In this document: in pieces, positions 45,299 through 59,863 of the stretch
Layout of the letters: the number at the start of each line of letters is the position of its first letter
Position numbering within the stretch: the first letter of the stretch is position 1
Source of the DNA: Eledone cirrhosa
Lineage: Eukaryota
Length of the DNA: 64,000 bases
Reading direction: 5' to 3'
Assembly: GCA_964016885.1 (NCBI GenBank)
Contig: OZ024740.1
Coordinates: 287,742,001-287,806,000, forward strand
Program-made: the position numbers and the translations under genes
Notes under the pieces: model-generated
The model's input: only the letters and a program-made list of their open reading frames with translations
What the model was told of the DNA's origin: nothing
Database searches by the model: none

Positions 45299-46652
45299 GT
45301 AAAAATATTAATTTTCTAATTTTTAAGTTCATGTTTGAAAAAAATAGTGTACTTATTTTGCATTTTTATATAACATTATTATATTATCAATTTTATGTCT
45401 GACATGAATTGGAAGAACAATCACAGTCTAAATCAGTTCTTATTTGAAGGTACTACCCTCCTAGGCAGGTTGGAAGACAATGTCTCGCTTGTACATTCTA
45501 TTATTGACATGGTTTCTTTGCAGAGTGTACTGGGTGTATTTTTTGTAGTGCCAACACTAGTGGGGGCTGCTTTGTTTCCTACAAAACTAAAGAGTCCTTT
45601 TACTCTATATGACTGAGTGTAAGCAGTCCTACAGATCAGATTAAGCAGACTCCAAGTGTCCTGTGTAGTCATGTATTTTCTATTGATCAAGGCTAGCTAT
45701 TTGGGAGGGTTTGCCTGGTCATCAAAACTGAGAATGAGGCAAAGAAAAGAGGGAGCTGGCACATCACACAGCTGTTATCAAAGCGGTGTCTCAATATATG
45801 GGCGAATGCAATAGGGTGAAAGAAAAGAGAGTATGAGTGGGATGGGGGAAACAGTGATAGAAAGGTATAGGAAAAACACAGTGATAGCTACATGTTGGAT
45901 GTTAAGGAAATTGAATAGGAAAACAGTGTGAGTGGCATGATGGAATAGCAATAAGGATGTGCAATGATATGAGAGCAAGAGGTAGATAGATATGAATAAT
46001 GATGAGAGTGGTGGATGTCAATGGAGGAGAGAGATTACAAGCATGGTGATGGAAAACGAGTAGTAATAAAGTGAAAAGGGCATGATGGTGAAAGAAAGAT
46101 AGTGAGTGCATTTTATTCTTTCAAGGCAAACATGACCAAGGGTAGAAATAGATATGGAAGTGTTGATCAGGAGGGTGAAAAAGCAGGGTATGAATATGTA
46201 TGTGATGGAGGGACAAATGATAGGTACTTGTTGATGGTGGGTAGAAGTTTGAATAGATAACAGCATGAGTTAACAATAAAGATGAGTCATGGTAAGGGAG
46301 AGTGATTGATGGTTAGCAATAGGGATGAGTAATGGTGAAAGTGGTATATGTCAACTGAGAGTTAGAAGGGGATGGAGACAGAATTATGGTTAGCAGTAGG
46401 GGTGATGCTCAGAGATAAAACTTGACAGTAGCTGTGGGGGAATTGTACCTTCAATTCCTTCATTAGTGATTTATACACTTCAAATTTATTGAATTATTAT
46501 TCTTTTAGGGGTAGCATAAATATGACGGAAAAGTTTTACTTATATAAATGTTAAATTTAATCATTAAAAAAAAAAACCATATATATTATAAATATATGTA
46601 TGTGTGTATATATATATATATAATTTATTTTTCTTAAATATTTATTCTAAAG

Positions 46653-47106
46653 GTGAAATCAGGATTTTTACAAGAGGAAGAGATTAGAATAGTAGGCAAA
46701 CAAATTCGAGACCGAATTTCTCAAGCTCGGCGTGATAATGAACGCAAGGCTGCTGAAGCCCAACAGAAGGCATCAGATGGCTCAAGCAGCCAAGATGGAC
46801 AACCATCAGCTTCAACGTCCCAAACTCAAAATGTTCAGACCCCTCAAACGCAATTACCTCTACAGACACAACAACAGATGGCTACACCTCATCAGTCACA
46901 GGGTCTGCCATCATCGCAACAACCATCTACTTCACAACAACCTCAGCAATCTTCTGCTACTACTTCAACAACCACCACCACCACCACAACAGCTGCAACT
47001 ACCACTACATCTACTATTACTACTACTACAACTTCTACAACTACTACGGGAACTACAGAGGGACATCAAGGTAACTTAGGCTCACAGATGGAACATCATA
47101 CAACTG
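46653..47106 (+). CDS. WNK: WNK exon (end of autoinhibitory domain, coiled coil, Q/S/T-rich low-complexity region)
   Basis: VKSGFLQEEEIRIVGKQIRDRI...; acceptor aag at 46652; two phase-1 donors, after 47070 and after 47106. Confidence 0.9.
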
Positions 47107-47434
47107 GTAATTTTTGTCCTTTAGTTTTTGTTTATATATTCTACCCTGCCTTTTGTTATTTTTGAACAGTTGAAAACTTGGATGAATTGCTTAGATGTTA
47201 GAGAATCAATTATGAGCTTAGATCAATATCATGTTTATCATGAATTTTAAAGAAGTATTTTAAAATTTTGTAAAATATATTGTTAATTCTGTTTCAATAT
47301 TCATTTTTGTGATTTTAAAAGATTTTCTTGTTTCTATTTAATTATTATCATTTGATGAGGGTTTTGTAGATTTCTTATTTTATAACAAGTTAGTTTTCTT
47401 GTATTTTATGGATTTATCAAACATTTTATTTTAG

Positions 47435-47490
47435 TGAATGAATCTTCACATCAATTTTCTGAATCTATTGGTCAAGCTCCTTGTCAAAAG
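47435..47490 (+). CDS. WNK: Probable WNK exon (56 nt)
   Basis: ttttattttag acceptor, AAG/gtaagt consensus donor, open frame (V)NESSHQFSESIGQAPCQK, phase 1 to 0 compatible with neighbours. Confidence 0.7.
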
Positions 47491-48839
47491 GTAAGTTTTT
47501 AATACATGTATAAATTATTATCTATTTACAATAACAAGATACTTTTATTTTCCAGTGTTTGTATTTAAAATTCCATCTGACAATATGTCAAATTCTTGAA
47601 ATAGAATGTAGTTGAATTTCAAGAAAATGCATTATATCAATACTTAAAGTGGATGTTATTTTATAATATTTCTTAAAAATCCAATTGTCTTAAAATCATA
47701 AATTTAAAACATGTATAATGACTTGTGCTTTTAAATATTTTATAATTTGTTGTGATATGGTCAAAATATATCATTAGAATATTTAACATTTAAATCCGTT
47801 TTTTATACAATATTGATGCATTATGTATATCATGGAAAATATTCTGAATCTCTTTCTTTCAAAACTTATCTACTCTTAGATGTCCTTTATCCTATAACAA
47901 ATCTTGTTGATTAACTTTATAGCTTTAAGAATGATAAATTGAATCTTTTATTTGTTAAAGAAAAAGGAAATTATTTGTTTACCTTTAACCTAGACATTTC
48001 GTGAATTGAAATCAATATTTGGTGTAAAATGTTTATATTTTCTGGAGAGTGTGTATGAATGACAGAAGAGCTTGATTTCTTTCACTTTTAGACTAAAGTG
48101 TATTTAATGCCTTCTTATCTTAGTAAGACATTTTCTTCAATTGTGTATGTTTGGTTGCAAGAAAACAAATGTTTATTACTAGATGGCTTCAACTCGTTTA
48201 TAAGCCTATATGGTCACATCCCCCTCACCATTCGATTTGAACTCTATAATTGTTTTATAGGTAGCTTTCTTCTGGATGAATTGTATTTATTATACCAACA
48301 ATTTTTTATGCATGTTTGGCTAACCAAACATAACTCAGATGGATGTTGAAAAACTTGGTGTCTTGATAAATCAAATGATCTGAGTTATGACAGTAGCTTT
48401 CAAAATTTGATCACTTTTGCAGCCATCTTCAAGAAATGTATATGTAGCAGACAGTTGTGTTGTGTAAATAAAAATCCAAGTCTGTCAGCAAAAATTGTTT
48501 AGTAAAGTTTGCAAATGTAGATAAGTTTGTATGTTGTGGAGATAAATAGACTGACATTTTGAGCAGAGCCCTTCATTGGAGAGAGAATTTTTTAAATGGT
48601 TATGGTAGTACATTGTGCTAAAAGAAGCAATTGTGTGCTGTGTCTTAGGTAAATCTGTGAACAAAAGATAAAAAAAACAGTTTTGTGGTTTGGTACTTCT
48701 ACAAATATATCTTCTGTATGAATTCTAAATTACCAATTAGAAATGTTTTTTATTTTATAAAGCTACTTCATAGAATTTACAACAATTATTTCATTATTAA
48801 TTATGTTATATGCGCGCGTTGTGTGTGTATTGGACCTCT

Positions 48840-49085
48840 CTCTGATCCGATGAGTGTTCCAATTGTTTGAACAACAGAACAGCCTGCTTGTGAAATTAAC
48901 ATGCAGTGACTGAGCATTTCACATATATGTGCACCCTTAATTTCTTAGGGAAATTCAGCATGATACAATAGGAAACAAGGCTGGCCCTTTGAATTACAGG
49001 TACAAGAACACATGTCACTGGAAATCAAACTGATGACTGTATGATCATGAGCTGAATACTCTAATTGCTAAACCACATACTTTCA
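48840..49085 (-). mobile_element. tRNA-derived SINE (second family), internally deleted
   Basis: Minus-strand head gaaagtatgtggtttagcaattagagtattcagctcatga resembles 38040-38095; the rest is a distinct non-AT-biased body. Confidence 0.6.
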
Positions 49086-49191
49086 TGTGTGTGTGTGTAC
49101 ACACACACACACACAAACACGCACACAAACACAAACACGCACACAAACACAAACACAAACACACACACACACACACACATGTATATATATA

Positions 49192-49263
<72 letters not shown>
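49086..49263. repeat. Compound (GT)/(CA)/(TA) microsatellite
   Basis: Seen directly. Confidence 0.95.
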
Positions 49264-49265
<2 letters not shown>

Positions 49266-51044
49266 AATTTATCGAAGGCAACACAAGTCAAATTATACAG
49301 AAGACAACACCCAAGTGGGGGCTAAACATATTTACTTGGAGTGTAGGGATTTCTAATCCACTTATCTGTATGTGCAGTTACAATTACAACTGCACATTAA
49401 CAGCAATTGCATAAGCAATTTGGACTGGATACATTGTCGCTAGCAGGAATTTCTTTCCATGATCGCCAGCCAAACTGGCTATGAGTAGGAGAAACTAAAT
49501 TGTCTGTTTCTTGATATCTTATTAATCACTGTAAAAAGTTATGGAAACTGTTATTTTTATGTTATGAAAGTTATTTGATTGTTCCTTAGGTAACTTTCTA
49601 ATTAGTTTCCAAATTTAATATTGGGACATTGTTCAATTAAATTCTTTATTATTTTATTTTCATCAAGCAATTGAACAGCAAAAATCAAAATTCGAAATTT
49701 ATTGTAAATGTTAATAAACATCATTTCTTTAGCACTAAGTATAAAATTGGAGAAAAAGTAAGTTTTTAAAAACTATTCAGGCTATCTTTCTTAAAAATTC
49801 ATACTTAATTAGAACAGCTTGATTATTTAATAATGGAGATAAAGGTATATTCTTTTTCAATTATTATGAAAAGTGACTCTTTTATGCACTTTTCATATTT
49901 TCTACTTTAATAGTTAATATTTTGCAGACCATGTAGTGCAATAAATGAATTTAAGAGCAAATATCAGGAATTTGTTTCTCCTTCCTTCTGTTTTTATGGT
50001 TGAATTCAAATTGGGCTATTAAGCAACTACGTTCATAATTGGCAAGCTTAACATTCTTTGTTTTGATAGCCACTTAACATTTATGTTATGATTCTTGTGG
50101 CACCACCAATTTTACAAACTTGTTATTCCTGAGGAAATTTAAAATTTGACTTATCTTAGGGTTTAAAAAGCAGTACTGTTCCAAATAAATTGAATGTTAT
50201 GCTTGCTTTTTGTTTTTGTTTTTTGTTTTGTTCTATTTTCCTATTAAATTTTTGCTTCTGTTAATTTAACTGAAATTCTTCCATTTTATTATTTTTGTAT
50301 ATTTATTATTGACTCTGTGTTTGTGTTAGACTTGCTTTATAATTATATTAATTTCATATTAAAAAAATTACAAGCACTAATTTTATTTTTGTTATCTAAC
50401 AGTGAGATACAATCTAGATATTTAATATTTTCTGCTTGAATTTATGTTACATATATATATATTCAGTATGTAGTTTATTTGCTAATTGCATTGATATTTT
50501 AACTTTAATATACTTCCTTGTGTTAATTTGTCTAATAGTTTTGTGTGATATTCATATATTATTATGACTATTTGGTTTTTCTAATATCTTGGTTGATAGA
50601 CTCCAAATTAGTATTTTACATGTTTGGTTTATTTTATGGTTTCTCAAAATAGTGAAAATATGCTTGAAATAGAAAATTTAGATAGCTAGTGATTGTTTTT
50701 TTCTTCTTCTCTGCTTCCTATTATTCTATTTGTGTTTGCTGTATAAACACTAATACAATTTTATTTCTTTCGAAATTCACGAAAATGGTATATTATATCA
50801 ATTTTTCCCATAAATTTCTATATATGATTCATTATTCATTTGCATTATATGAATTATTCAAATAATATGTATCGTTAGCTTATCATTAAAAAAATTACTA
50901 AAAAATCAAAGTAAATACAATATATAAAGCTTTTGATTAGTAGCTGAAAATATTACTAAGAAAGTATTTTGATAATATCGCACAAAAGCTTTTTCTTCTA
51001 AATGTAATATGATATAGTTGATTGTTTAGGCTATTGAATTAACT

Positions 51045-51307
51045 TTAACCCCTTCGATATCCAACAAAAATGCCTTAATCAGCTACTGGTTCTACAATAC
51101 AAAGCTGTTTATTTTAAAGTATTTATATTTATCTAAAAATCTTCCATCATAATTTTATGTGAGACACTTTCAAGTTATATTCTAAACATCAGCTTGTTAA
51201 TGATCAAGTTATATTACCAAATTTCTTTGAATTTTTGATTATTTTCTAAATTACTTGAAAATCATATGCAATGTTTTTCATGAGAAATATGGTAATAAAA
51301 GGGTTAA
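51045..51307. mobile_element. piggyBac-type MITE (family 2)
   Basis: TTAA-CCCCTTCGATATCC ... GGTAATAAAAGGG-TTAA; a similar right end gaaatatggtaatgaaatggttaa occurs near 32484-32507. Confidence 0.6.
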
Positions 51308-52641
51308 TGATGGAGATGTAGAACAAAAATGAATACAATATTTTGGGAAATACTTTCATTCTCCCCCCCCCCCCCCCCCAAGTTTTTGCTTAAATATTTT
51401 CTTTTCAATTTAGAATTATTCTCTTGGACTAGTATTATGTTGATTCACCAAATACCATGTCTTTAGTTTTGCTTATACCATATCCCTAGCATAGAAATTT
51501 ACTTTCAGATTCTACTCATTTCTTCTAGTTAGGCCTTGTGGGATAAAAACAAGTTTTCATAATGCCAAAATATGACGTTACTCATAAGAGGTGTCAGCTA
51601 TTGATACTTTATACTTAATATATATATAATAATCATTTGTATAAAGATAAATGTATCAACATCACAGTTTGTAATCAATAATGTATTGTTACATTACTTG
51701 CTGTGCATTATGAACATTTTTTTATAAGTCTTATTTGTATTTTTATATAAGTATAAAAATTATCTGTCTAAATAATTAATTAGAATATTATATTGAATCT
51801 TAGAGGTTACTGTTTAGTAGCTCCTATCAACTGTAGAGTTTTGGCATGAAGCCATCTCATTGAAGAATCTTTTCAAACTCTATTATAACTAACTATTTGT
51901 TAGACACGCTTTATTATGAACATATCCAAAGATTTAAAACAAAAGTGGATTCCCATTTTAATGACAATAGGGAGTTTGAGACAGATTTAGTTGCTATATT
52001 CAACTTGCCTCATGGTAGTTTTAGTATTTGACATTGGCAAATGTTAATTTTCCAGTAGAATTTTACTGTGAAAATACCTATTTTCCCACTATATTTAATT
52101 TTCCGTTATTTTTGTATTTCCTTTAATATTTTACTGAAATGGTTATGAGAAATAAACTGAATTCCAAATCCAATTCAGTAGCTTTTAGAATAGGTAACTA
52201 TAACATCAAAATAAGCATTAGTGAATCTTTATTTCTAACAAATAATTCTCAAAGGTATTTCTGAATAATTAAAAAAATTATTTGCTGTATTTTTTCTTTG
52301 TTAAAGCATGTTTAGTTTCTCTACACCTGCATTTTGCTTACCTACACTATTAGTGATTGTTAAAAATAATTTTTAAAAAAGATGTAATTAATTTTCATCA
52401 GTATGTCTTATAATTTTTTTCTTTTGAAATGCTGTTAGTGTTTCTGTTTACAAGTTGTGCCTAAATAGGTTTTATAGTTTGAAAATTTGAACATTTTCAA
52501 TATTAAAAACAAAATAAATAAAATAATTTCTTTTTTGTTTGCAATGTTTTTTCTTTCTTTTTTCTTTTCTTTCCAAATATATTTACATTATTTCAGTTTC
52601 TGTAGAAACAGCTTAGGTTAAAGTTACTTGTGTTTTTCCAG

Positions 52642-52764
52642 ACTGGACTTCCTTCTGGTCATGTGCAATTACCATCAGTTACATCATTCAATCCATTCCA
52701 CATTCAAGCTGCTTCACAACTCCAGCAGTTGGTTCAGGCATCAGTTCAGGCATCAATGTATCAG
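52642..52764 (+). CDS. WNK: Probable WNK exon (123 nt, symmetric phase 0)
   Basis: tgtttttccag acceptor, CAG/gtag donor, open frame TGLPSGHVQLPSVTSFNPFHIQAASQLQQLVQASVQASMYQ, higher GC than flanks. Confidence 0.65.
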
Positions 52765-53240
52765 GTAGTCATCAGGATCTTTTAAATTAATTCACTTACT
52801 GTGGCACTGGACTGAATAACCAGTATTTAGATTGACTATAATGTATTATTGCAAATTGATGTTGTGCTTTATGTAGAAGTCTATCATTGATATTGTGTTG
52901 TGTTCGTTTATTGTCTTAGTTAAATATCATTGTTATGGCTATCATTAATAATTCAGTTATGCAAGGCATCTTGTGATATTTAAAAAGAAAGAAAAGGAGT
53001 GTTTTGGTTGGTAAGAGTTTTAGATAAATTAAATATAAAATGATACTCCACGATTCTTTTATATTTGTGTTGTGTCCCTTAAAAGTCAGCATAGCACCAT
53101 CATTTAGGTGTTACTTTAAAATTATCATTTCTGCTGGACATTTCATAAGTTTTGTTTCTTACCAAAGTTTCTTCAATAAATGCATTCAGAAATTGATTTT
53201 AATGGAACTAAAACAAAATGAAATCTTAACTTATTATTAT

Positions 53241-53271
<31 letters not shown>

Positions 53272-54299
53272 TATTAGTTTACCTGTATGCTTTCAAACTT
53301 TAATGCTACTAACTATTAATTTTCTTATATGAATCAACAATTTTGCTCATTTATTTCTTAAATATATTTCATCGTAATTTTTTTCTTTTATTACAAGCAT
53401 ATCTTTTTCATTTTTGAGCAGGTTTATAATTATATTTACTTTATAACAATTTTTTTTTTTTTTTTTTCCATGCTAAGATGGGTTAGACATTATATGACCA
53501 AGTAAAATATTTCTGTAACTGGATACCTTTTCGAAGTATATAACAGGTTCCACTAGAGTACATAAGGTTGCAATTTCATGATAATATAACTCTGAATTAT
53601 ATGTTTTAAAGGGTTTTCTGTTTAAATGGGAATTAGCTGTAACCTTGTACTGAAGATGTTTTCCAAATTCCTTAAGACTTTCTTTTTTTGTAATATAGGG
53701 TTTAGTAATATAATGCATTAGTTATATGAAAAACTATATTGAAATTCAATAAATTCTTCTATAAATAGCTTAGTTTTTTTTTTTTTTTTTTAGTCTTTGA
53801 TTTAGTAACTTTTATGTAAAAATCAAGTTTATATTATTATTGCTATTATTGGATTATTATTCGTTAGCAACATAAACTTCAATCAATAACTTTAAAAATA
53901 TAGTATCAATCCATAGTCTTGTGAAACTAATAAATGTCACAATATCTCAGATGAAGAAATAAATGACATTTTACATAAAGAACCAATGGTAAATTCTGAA
54001 GAACATTATTTGTACTTGGACCATGTCTTACACTGATATTCTCATACTGAAAAGTAATACTTTTTATGAAGCTTTAATATTTTCTCCCGTCATTAACATC
54101 CAAGTTGCATCAAAATTGGATTATTGATCAAAAGATCAAGACATTTTGCAGTTTAGTTCCACTCAACAGTTTTCTTTCCTTTTAAGAAAAGAAAAAAAAA
54201 ACACTTTATTCCTGCCTCCTTGTAACAAATTTTGCATGCATTTTCTAACATTTCAATATGCCTCCTCTTTTTCTTCTTATTTTTTCTTTTTCTTTTTCT

Positions 54300-55030
54300 T
54301 CTCCTCCCACTTATTCTTGAGAGGATCGTAGTAGCAGTCCTCAAATACTCCTTCCAGTGGGTCCTGTCAGAATCAACTGTTTCCATCAGATTCAGCTGGA
54401 TCCCCAAGCATGACCTGCTAAGCTATTGGATGTTATCCAACCATATTGCTCAGGTTCTACCCCTGGGTCTCCTGCTGGTTGGTTTTGCATGTAAAATTTG
54501 TTCAGCAATTCTTTCCTAAGGCATTCTAACCACATGCCTATAGTATCAGAGAAGTAACGACTCTACCTTGAGTGATTTTCTGATCTTGGAGCTATGCATA
54601 CTATCGAGTAATGTTACTCCAAAGACCCTTCAAAGAAATCCCATTTCGGCCACTTGTATTTGCCATCATATTCTTTCGGTCATTACCCAAGATTCATGAC
54701 CATAGGTAAGGGTTGGCACGAATACTGAATTGAAGATAACGAGTTTGGCTTTTACCCCTACCTCCCTTCTTCTGATTACTGAATGCTGAAGCTGGCACAT
54801 TACTGCACCAGCTCCTGCAATTATTGCACTTAATTCAGCTTCCTGCCTTCCATCACTCGTGAACATGGCCCCAAGATACTCCTGGTTCAGTGGAACTCCA
54901 TTTACATGTAGGGTGCACTGTGCAGGCTTCCTTGAGAGGACGAGTGTCTCATTTTTTTTTTATCATTGAGTTTCATTCCAGCCATGCAGCACTCAGCATC
55001 AAACTTATCAAGTGCAAGCTGGAGATCACT
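54300..55030 (-). mobile_element. Decayed RTE LINE of a further (Expander/Rex3-like) family
   Basis: YLG..FTSDGRQEAEL...KAKLVIFNSVFVPTLTYGHESWVMTERI; downstream GHVVRMP- and RPRGR-like remnants. Confidence 0.75.
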
Positions 55031-55444
55031 TTATCTAATAGAGAAAAATGTTTTGTGGTTTTTAAGACATTTTATTTATATATATATATATATATACATA
55101 CATATTTCTGTTTTAAATATCAAATAGGATGTCGTAGGTAGAATATTGGAACAGAAAATTTATAAGTGGTTGGTTAGATGAATTAAAATACTGTAACTAA
55201 TATTTAAAAAGTTATCTGCTGCTGTATTATGGAATTAATTATGTCAGGGAACTGGTAAAAAGGTTGAGAGAATAGATTTCTCATTTTTTCGAATAAAAAA
55301 AAAAGAGAAACTGACAGCTAGGTTTGGATATTTAAAAAAATTAAACTTTAATGAAATGATGCGATATTTGGATATTGTCAGTGGCTTTAGAGATAGGATC
55401 GAGGTGACGTTTGTCTATACTAGGAGCATTGTCCTGTAAAATAA

Positions 55445-57460
55445 ATCATTTATTTCCATTTTCCCTACTAGTACTCATTGGACTGGTTGTCCAACTTGGT
55501 AACTAGTCGATGCCACTAACATACATACATTTATACACTTTACAGTGTGCCCTGGGTGCATTTTATCATAGCACCAGCACAAGGGAGGTTGTCATACTTT
55601 TGATAAAATATCTACAGCTGGATGCCTTTCCTATCATCAACCACTTTATAGAGTGGAGTGGGTGCATTTTATTGTGGCCCCCAACACTAGTGAAGTTGGG
55701 TTCTTGACACCACTGAAGAGTCCTCTTAACTGTTTATGTAGCAAGTTTTTTTATGGCTGGATATCTCTCCTAATGCCAACCACATTACAGGCTGTATTGG
55801 GTACATTTTTCATGCGACTTTCAATTGCAGTATAGATGTAAATATTGAAGATTGATGGAGGTGAAATGGGGGAGATGATGAAAATTTGTTAATAATATTA
55901 CGTACTCATCTCGGGCATTCTAATTCTTGGTGTAGAGTTGTCTGTGCTAAAGATGTCATTATTAGTACTATTTTGGGTTGAGTGTGCTAAATAGCACTTG
56001 AGAATGTCACATTGTCCTCTTAACTAATTCTACATCATATTTGCCTTCATAGGAACTAAGAGTAGATAGAAAGTACACATGTGACATATAGAAAACCATT
56101 TATACAGCTTAGGTGAGTGTATGTATGAGCATACCCACATAGACATTTTAGACTACATCATCATTGTCATTGCCACCATTTAACGTCTATTTTTCATGCT
56201 TGTATGGGTTGTCTTGTTTATATGCTCCCTTTGTGGCTTAGTTTCTATGGATGGATGCCCTTTCTAATGTCAACCACTTTAGAGCATATACTGGAGACAT
56301 TTTATCATAACTGGCACTACTACCATACAGTGTGGACTGGGTCATTTTCATCATAGCACCAGCACTACCACCTTAATGTGGACCTGGTACTTTTCATTAT
56401 AACACCAGCAATACCACTTACAGAATGGGCTGGATGCATGTTTATCGTGGCACAAGTACTGGGGAGGCAGTGATTTTAAATAAATCCAAAGTTTTGTCCT
56501 TTATTTCTTCTATTGCAATAACCTATGACTTCACGTTTCAATATACAACCCTGCCACTGTTTGTTTCATCAGCCACATTATTTCACATCTCATTCAAATT
56601 AAGATATTAAATACTCTACTCATTTGTTCTCAAGAATCTTCCTTCTTAGATTTCCTTTCAACTATGAAGTTGCCATAGTTCAAACTAGGCATTAATAGAT
56701 AACATTACCCCCCCCCCCTCTCATAATGAATAAATTAAAAAAAATATTTTCTCCCCTGTCACTAGATTGTCTTCTTTTATTATTTATATTTCATAAATAA
56801 AAAAGGAAGAAATCATAATTAAACAACTTCATAGTTTTGACACACAAGTATCATACATAAGTGAAAATTCCTATATTGCCAATAAGGTTTCATAAACATC
56901 GTTCATCAATCTTGCACTGTAGGCTGTATTGGCTCCAATACTGATTAAATCTCTTAAATAACAGAACCTATTTTCTATGTTCAAATTATTTTGTCTTAGT
57001 TTCAGATTGATATTTACTTCAGCATATGAGGCTCATTTAAAATGTATTACCTGAATAAAAAAAAATGTTTCATTCTGATTTTACATCATCATCATTGTTT
57101 AACATGTGTTCCCTGCTAGCAAGGGTTGGACCGGTCGTCAATACTGAAGTGGAATTACTGATCTCTCAGATGGGCCGAGGCCTCTAATCTTGCTTACTTA
57201 TATTCCTGCACTTTACCAGGTGCTTAAGCAAGCCAGGAGCTTGCTTCTCACTTACAAAACATTCCTATGCTCTACTGAGTGCGTTTTATTGTGGCACAAA
57301 CACTAGAGAGGTTGTCATGTCTTTCACATAGCTGAAGAGTCCTCCAGACTTTATTTGGCAAGTTTTCTACTGCTGGATGCCCTACCTATCAACCATCTAC
57401 TTTATGGAGTGTACCAGGTGTGTTTATCATGTATATCACATGGTGTATTGGGTGCATTTC
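55445..57460 (-). mobile_element. Cluster of decayed RTE-derived SINE-like copies (about 55445-55820, 56157-56470, 57084-57460)
   Basis: Repeated ctggatgcccttcctaa-like and ctgggtgcattttatc...gcaccagcac motifs; catcatcat tails at 56157 and 57084. Confidence 0.65.
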
Positions 57461-58124
57461 TCAAGATGCTGATGCAGATATACTGTTTGGAAATTAATTT
57501 TGTTTCCCATTTAAAACTATTTTGTTCTTGTTATTTCAGTTGGGGGGTGGGGTGGGTTGACAATTTCAACTTCATATCCCTCTACATAGAAATAAAATCC
57601 TACTTTTTACTCTTGGGTATCGAATAATGCCCCCCTAAATTTTTCAGCTTATTAAATTTTGCAAATCTATCTCTGGTGAAATGTTATTTTAAATGGTAGC
57701 ATTCTTGTGACAATTAATTTTCTTTATACATTAAGAAACGTTATACATGACAAAAGAAGTACAAGAAATCTCATATGTTATAGAATAAATAGGGTTGGGG
57801 TCTCTAATGTAAACTAAACGACTAATTCTGCTTTTTTAAAAATCAATCAGGACAACCCAGAAAAATTGCCATTTTCCACCCTTCCACTTACCCCCATCCC
57901 TATTATTTGGGGCCTGAGAGTACATGAATTAGGACTTGGTGATAATGTCATGTGTTCATATACAACTGCAGTTGTTGCATTGTATCTATGAGTAAGGCAT
58001 TTTCTTAATGTTTTTATCTGATTGCTATTGCTTTGTGTGTATGGTGGGTATTATAGTTATTGAAGAGACAGAATCAATAGTACTGGAAAATGTTTTGCTG
58101 TATATGTTTTTAACCCTCTCTATT

Positions 58125-58270
58125 TTGAATTCAAATCCCATCAGTTTACTTTTCTTTCTACCTTTTGGTGGTGGGTCAAAAAAATAGTGTCAGGCATTTA
58201 TTGTGATCAGTTGAATTGACTACACCCTCTCCCTTCACTTTTGTAGTGTTATCGACAAAATCATTATTAT
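58125..58270 (+). mobile_element. Old decayed relative of the Deu/Nin-like SINE
   Basis: ttgaattcaaatccc...tactttttctttctaccttttgg...gggtcaaaaaaatagt and an attattatt tail. Confidence 0.45.
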
Positions 58271-59863
58271 TAAAAACCGTTTTCTAACATTATTAGATAA
58301 TACAATTGGGGATTATTTGTAACAATAGATTTATTATTCTCACTAAAATCTCAATGAATAAATAGTTGCAAGTTACTGACTACTTCATTCACATTAGGCA
58401 GCCACTTCATTCTCTATTTGTTACATCTTATTTTTTAAGGTGTTAGAAGCTGAGTACATTTAAACTAATGTATACTGTTTTATATCTGATATGGGCATAA
58501 AATTTTGTGTGTGTGTGTGTGTACTCTCACATAGATGAGTGAAAGTGTGTACTGTGAAACGTATATCTGCTATATATAAACATTATGATTTTTATTATTT
58601 AATTTAATAGGGAAGTAATATTTTAAATTAAAGCTTTCGAAAAAAAAAAGGGGGGAAAACATCGAAAATATTAAATCAGATAAAGAGTTCAATCTTTCTA
58701 GTTCAGAATACCAAGAAATTTTTACATGACATTTCTAAAAAAGACATCACTTTAAAATGTTATGAAACTTTAGTACTAGATTTTTTTCTCCTGAATTTAA
58801 TGAAATCCTTGAATGGTTTGAATATTCAACAAGTTCAGTATGTGATGTATAATTTTTAAAATCGGATCATTATTGTGAATGATTGTATTTGAAGTTAATT
58901 TATTAGACATTTTGCTAATTAGCTCTTGCTTTCATGGCTACTAATACTCTAAACTGCAGCCTTACTAACTAACCCAATTTATTTAATCCTTATTACCTCA
59001 AATATCTACAATAATGAAGCTGTCTACATACATACATCTTTTTTATTCCATTGAGTAATTGCTTTTTTTTCTAATAATTTTACTTGCAATTAAGTATATT
59101 TATTTCCCTCTTAGATTTTACTTATCTTGCTGGCTTAGCAGATACCCTATCCTTCAAATATTTTATTAATCATCTGTAATTACTATTATAAGTAAATGGT
59201 AAATATTCTCCTTGATATGAAGCTGAGTCTCCAGTTTTTGTTAGGTTGAACATGTCAACCTGCTTTGCTTGTTCTGGTATATATTGTACTAGAGTAAGAG
59301 CTTTATGGTTTTCTATCTTAGTCACAGGTTTTTGATTAATACAAACTTATTATTTTGAGCTTAGTTCTCAATGTTCTTGATAAAACCTTAAGTATACATG
59401 TACACTAAATATCATTTAGTGGGGGAAAAGTTGGCATGTACATCTTGGCTTTTAAGAAAAAGGTTTATTTAAATCTTTTAGTTTTAAATGGAAAATTATT
59501 TAAATGGTGGCCAGTTCTTGTTTTCTCTTGTTTAAAGAGAAATTCTTTTTTTTTTTTTTTTAAACATTTATTTGTCAAATGAAAGATTCAGTTTTAATTA
59601 AATATGATATTGGTTAATGAAGGATTCAATTATATTCAAAATAATAAAAAAAATCAACCAGCCTTATTTTGATGGATTCAGTTTATTTTCTTTTATTACC
59701 TCAAATCCTGAGTATATTATTGTAGATATCTTTCCCTCTTTTGAGACTTTGCTGAACACATTCCTACCATTTTTGTATTCAGAGAAAAAAACAACATACT
59801 GAATTTATATTCAAATTTGTTATCATCTTCATTGACCATTTATCATTCAGTCATGTAGCTCAG

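Noticed and set aside
28145-56575. Other isolated CTGATGA/TCATCAG hits (about 28145, 32228, 41953, 49030, 52396, 56566)
   Set aside because: No correctly placed GAAA or supporting stems.
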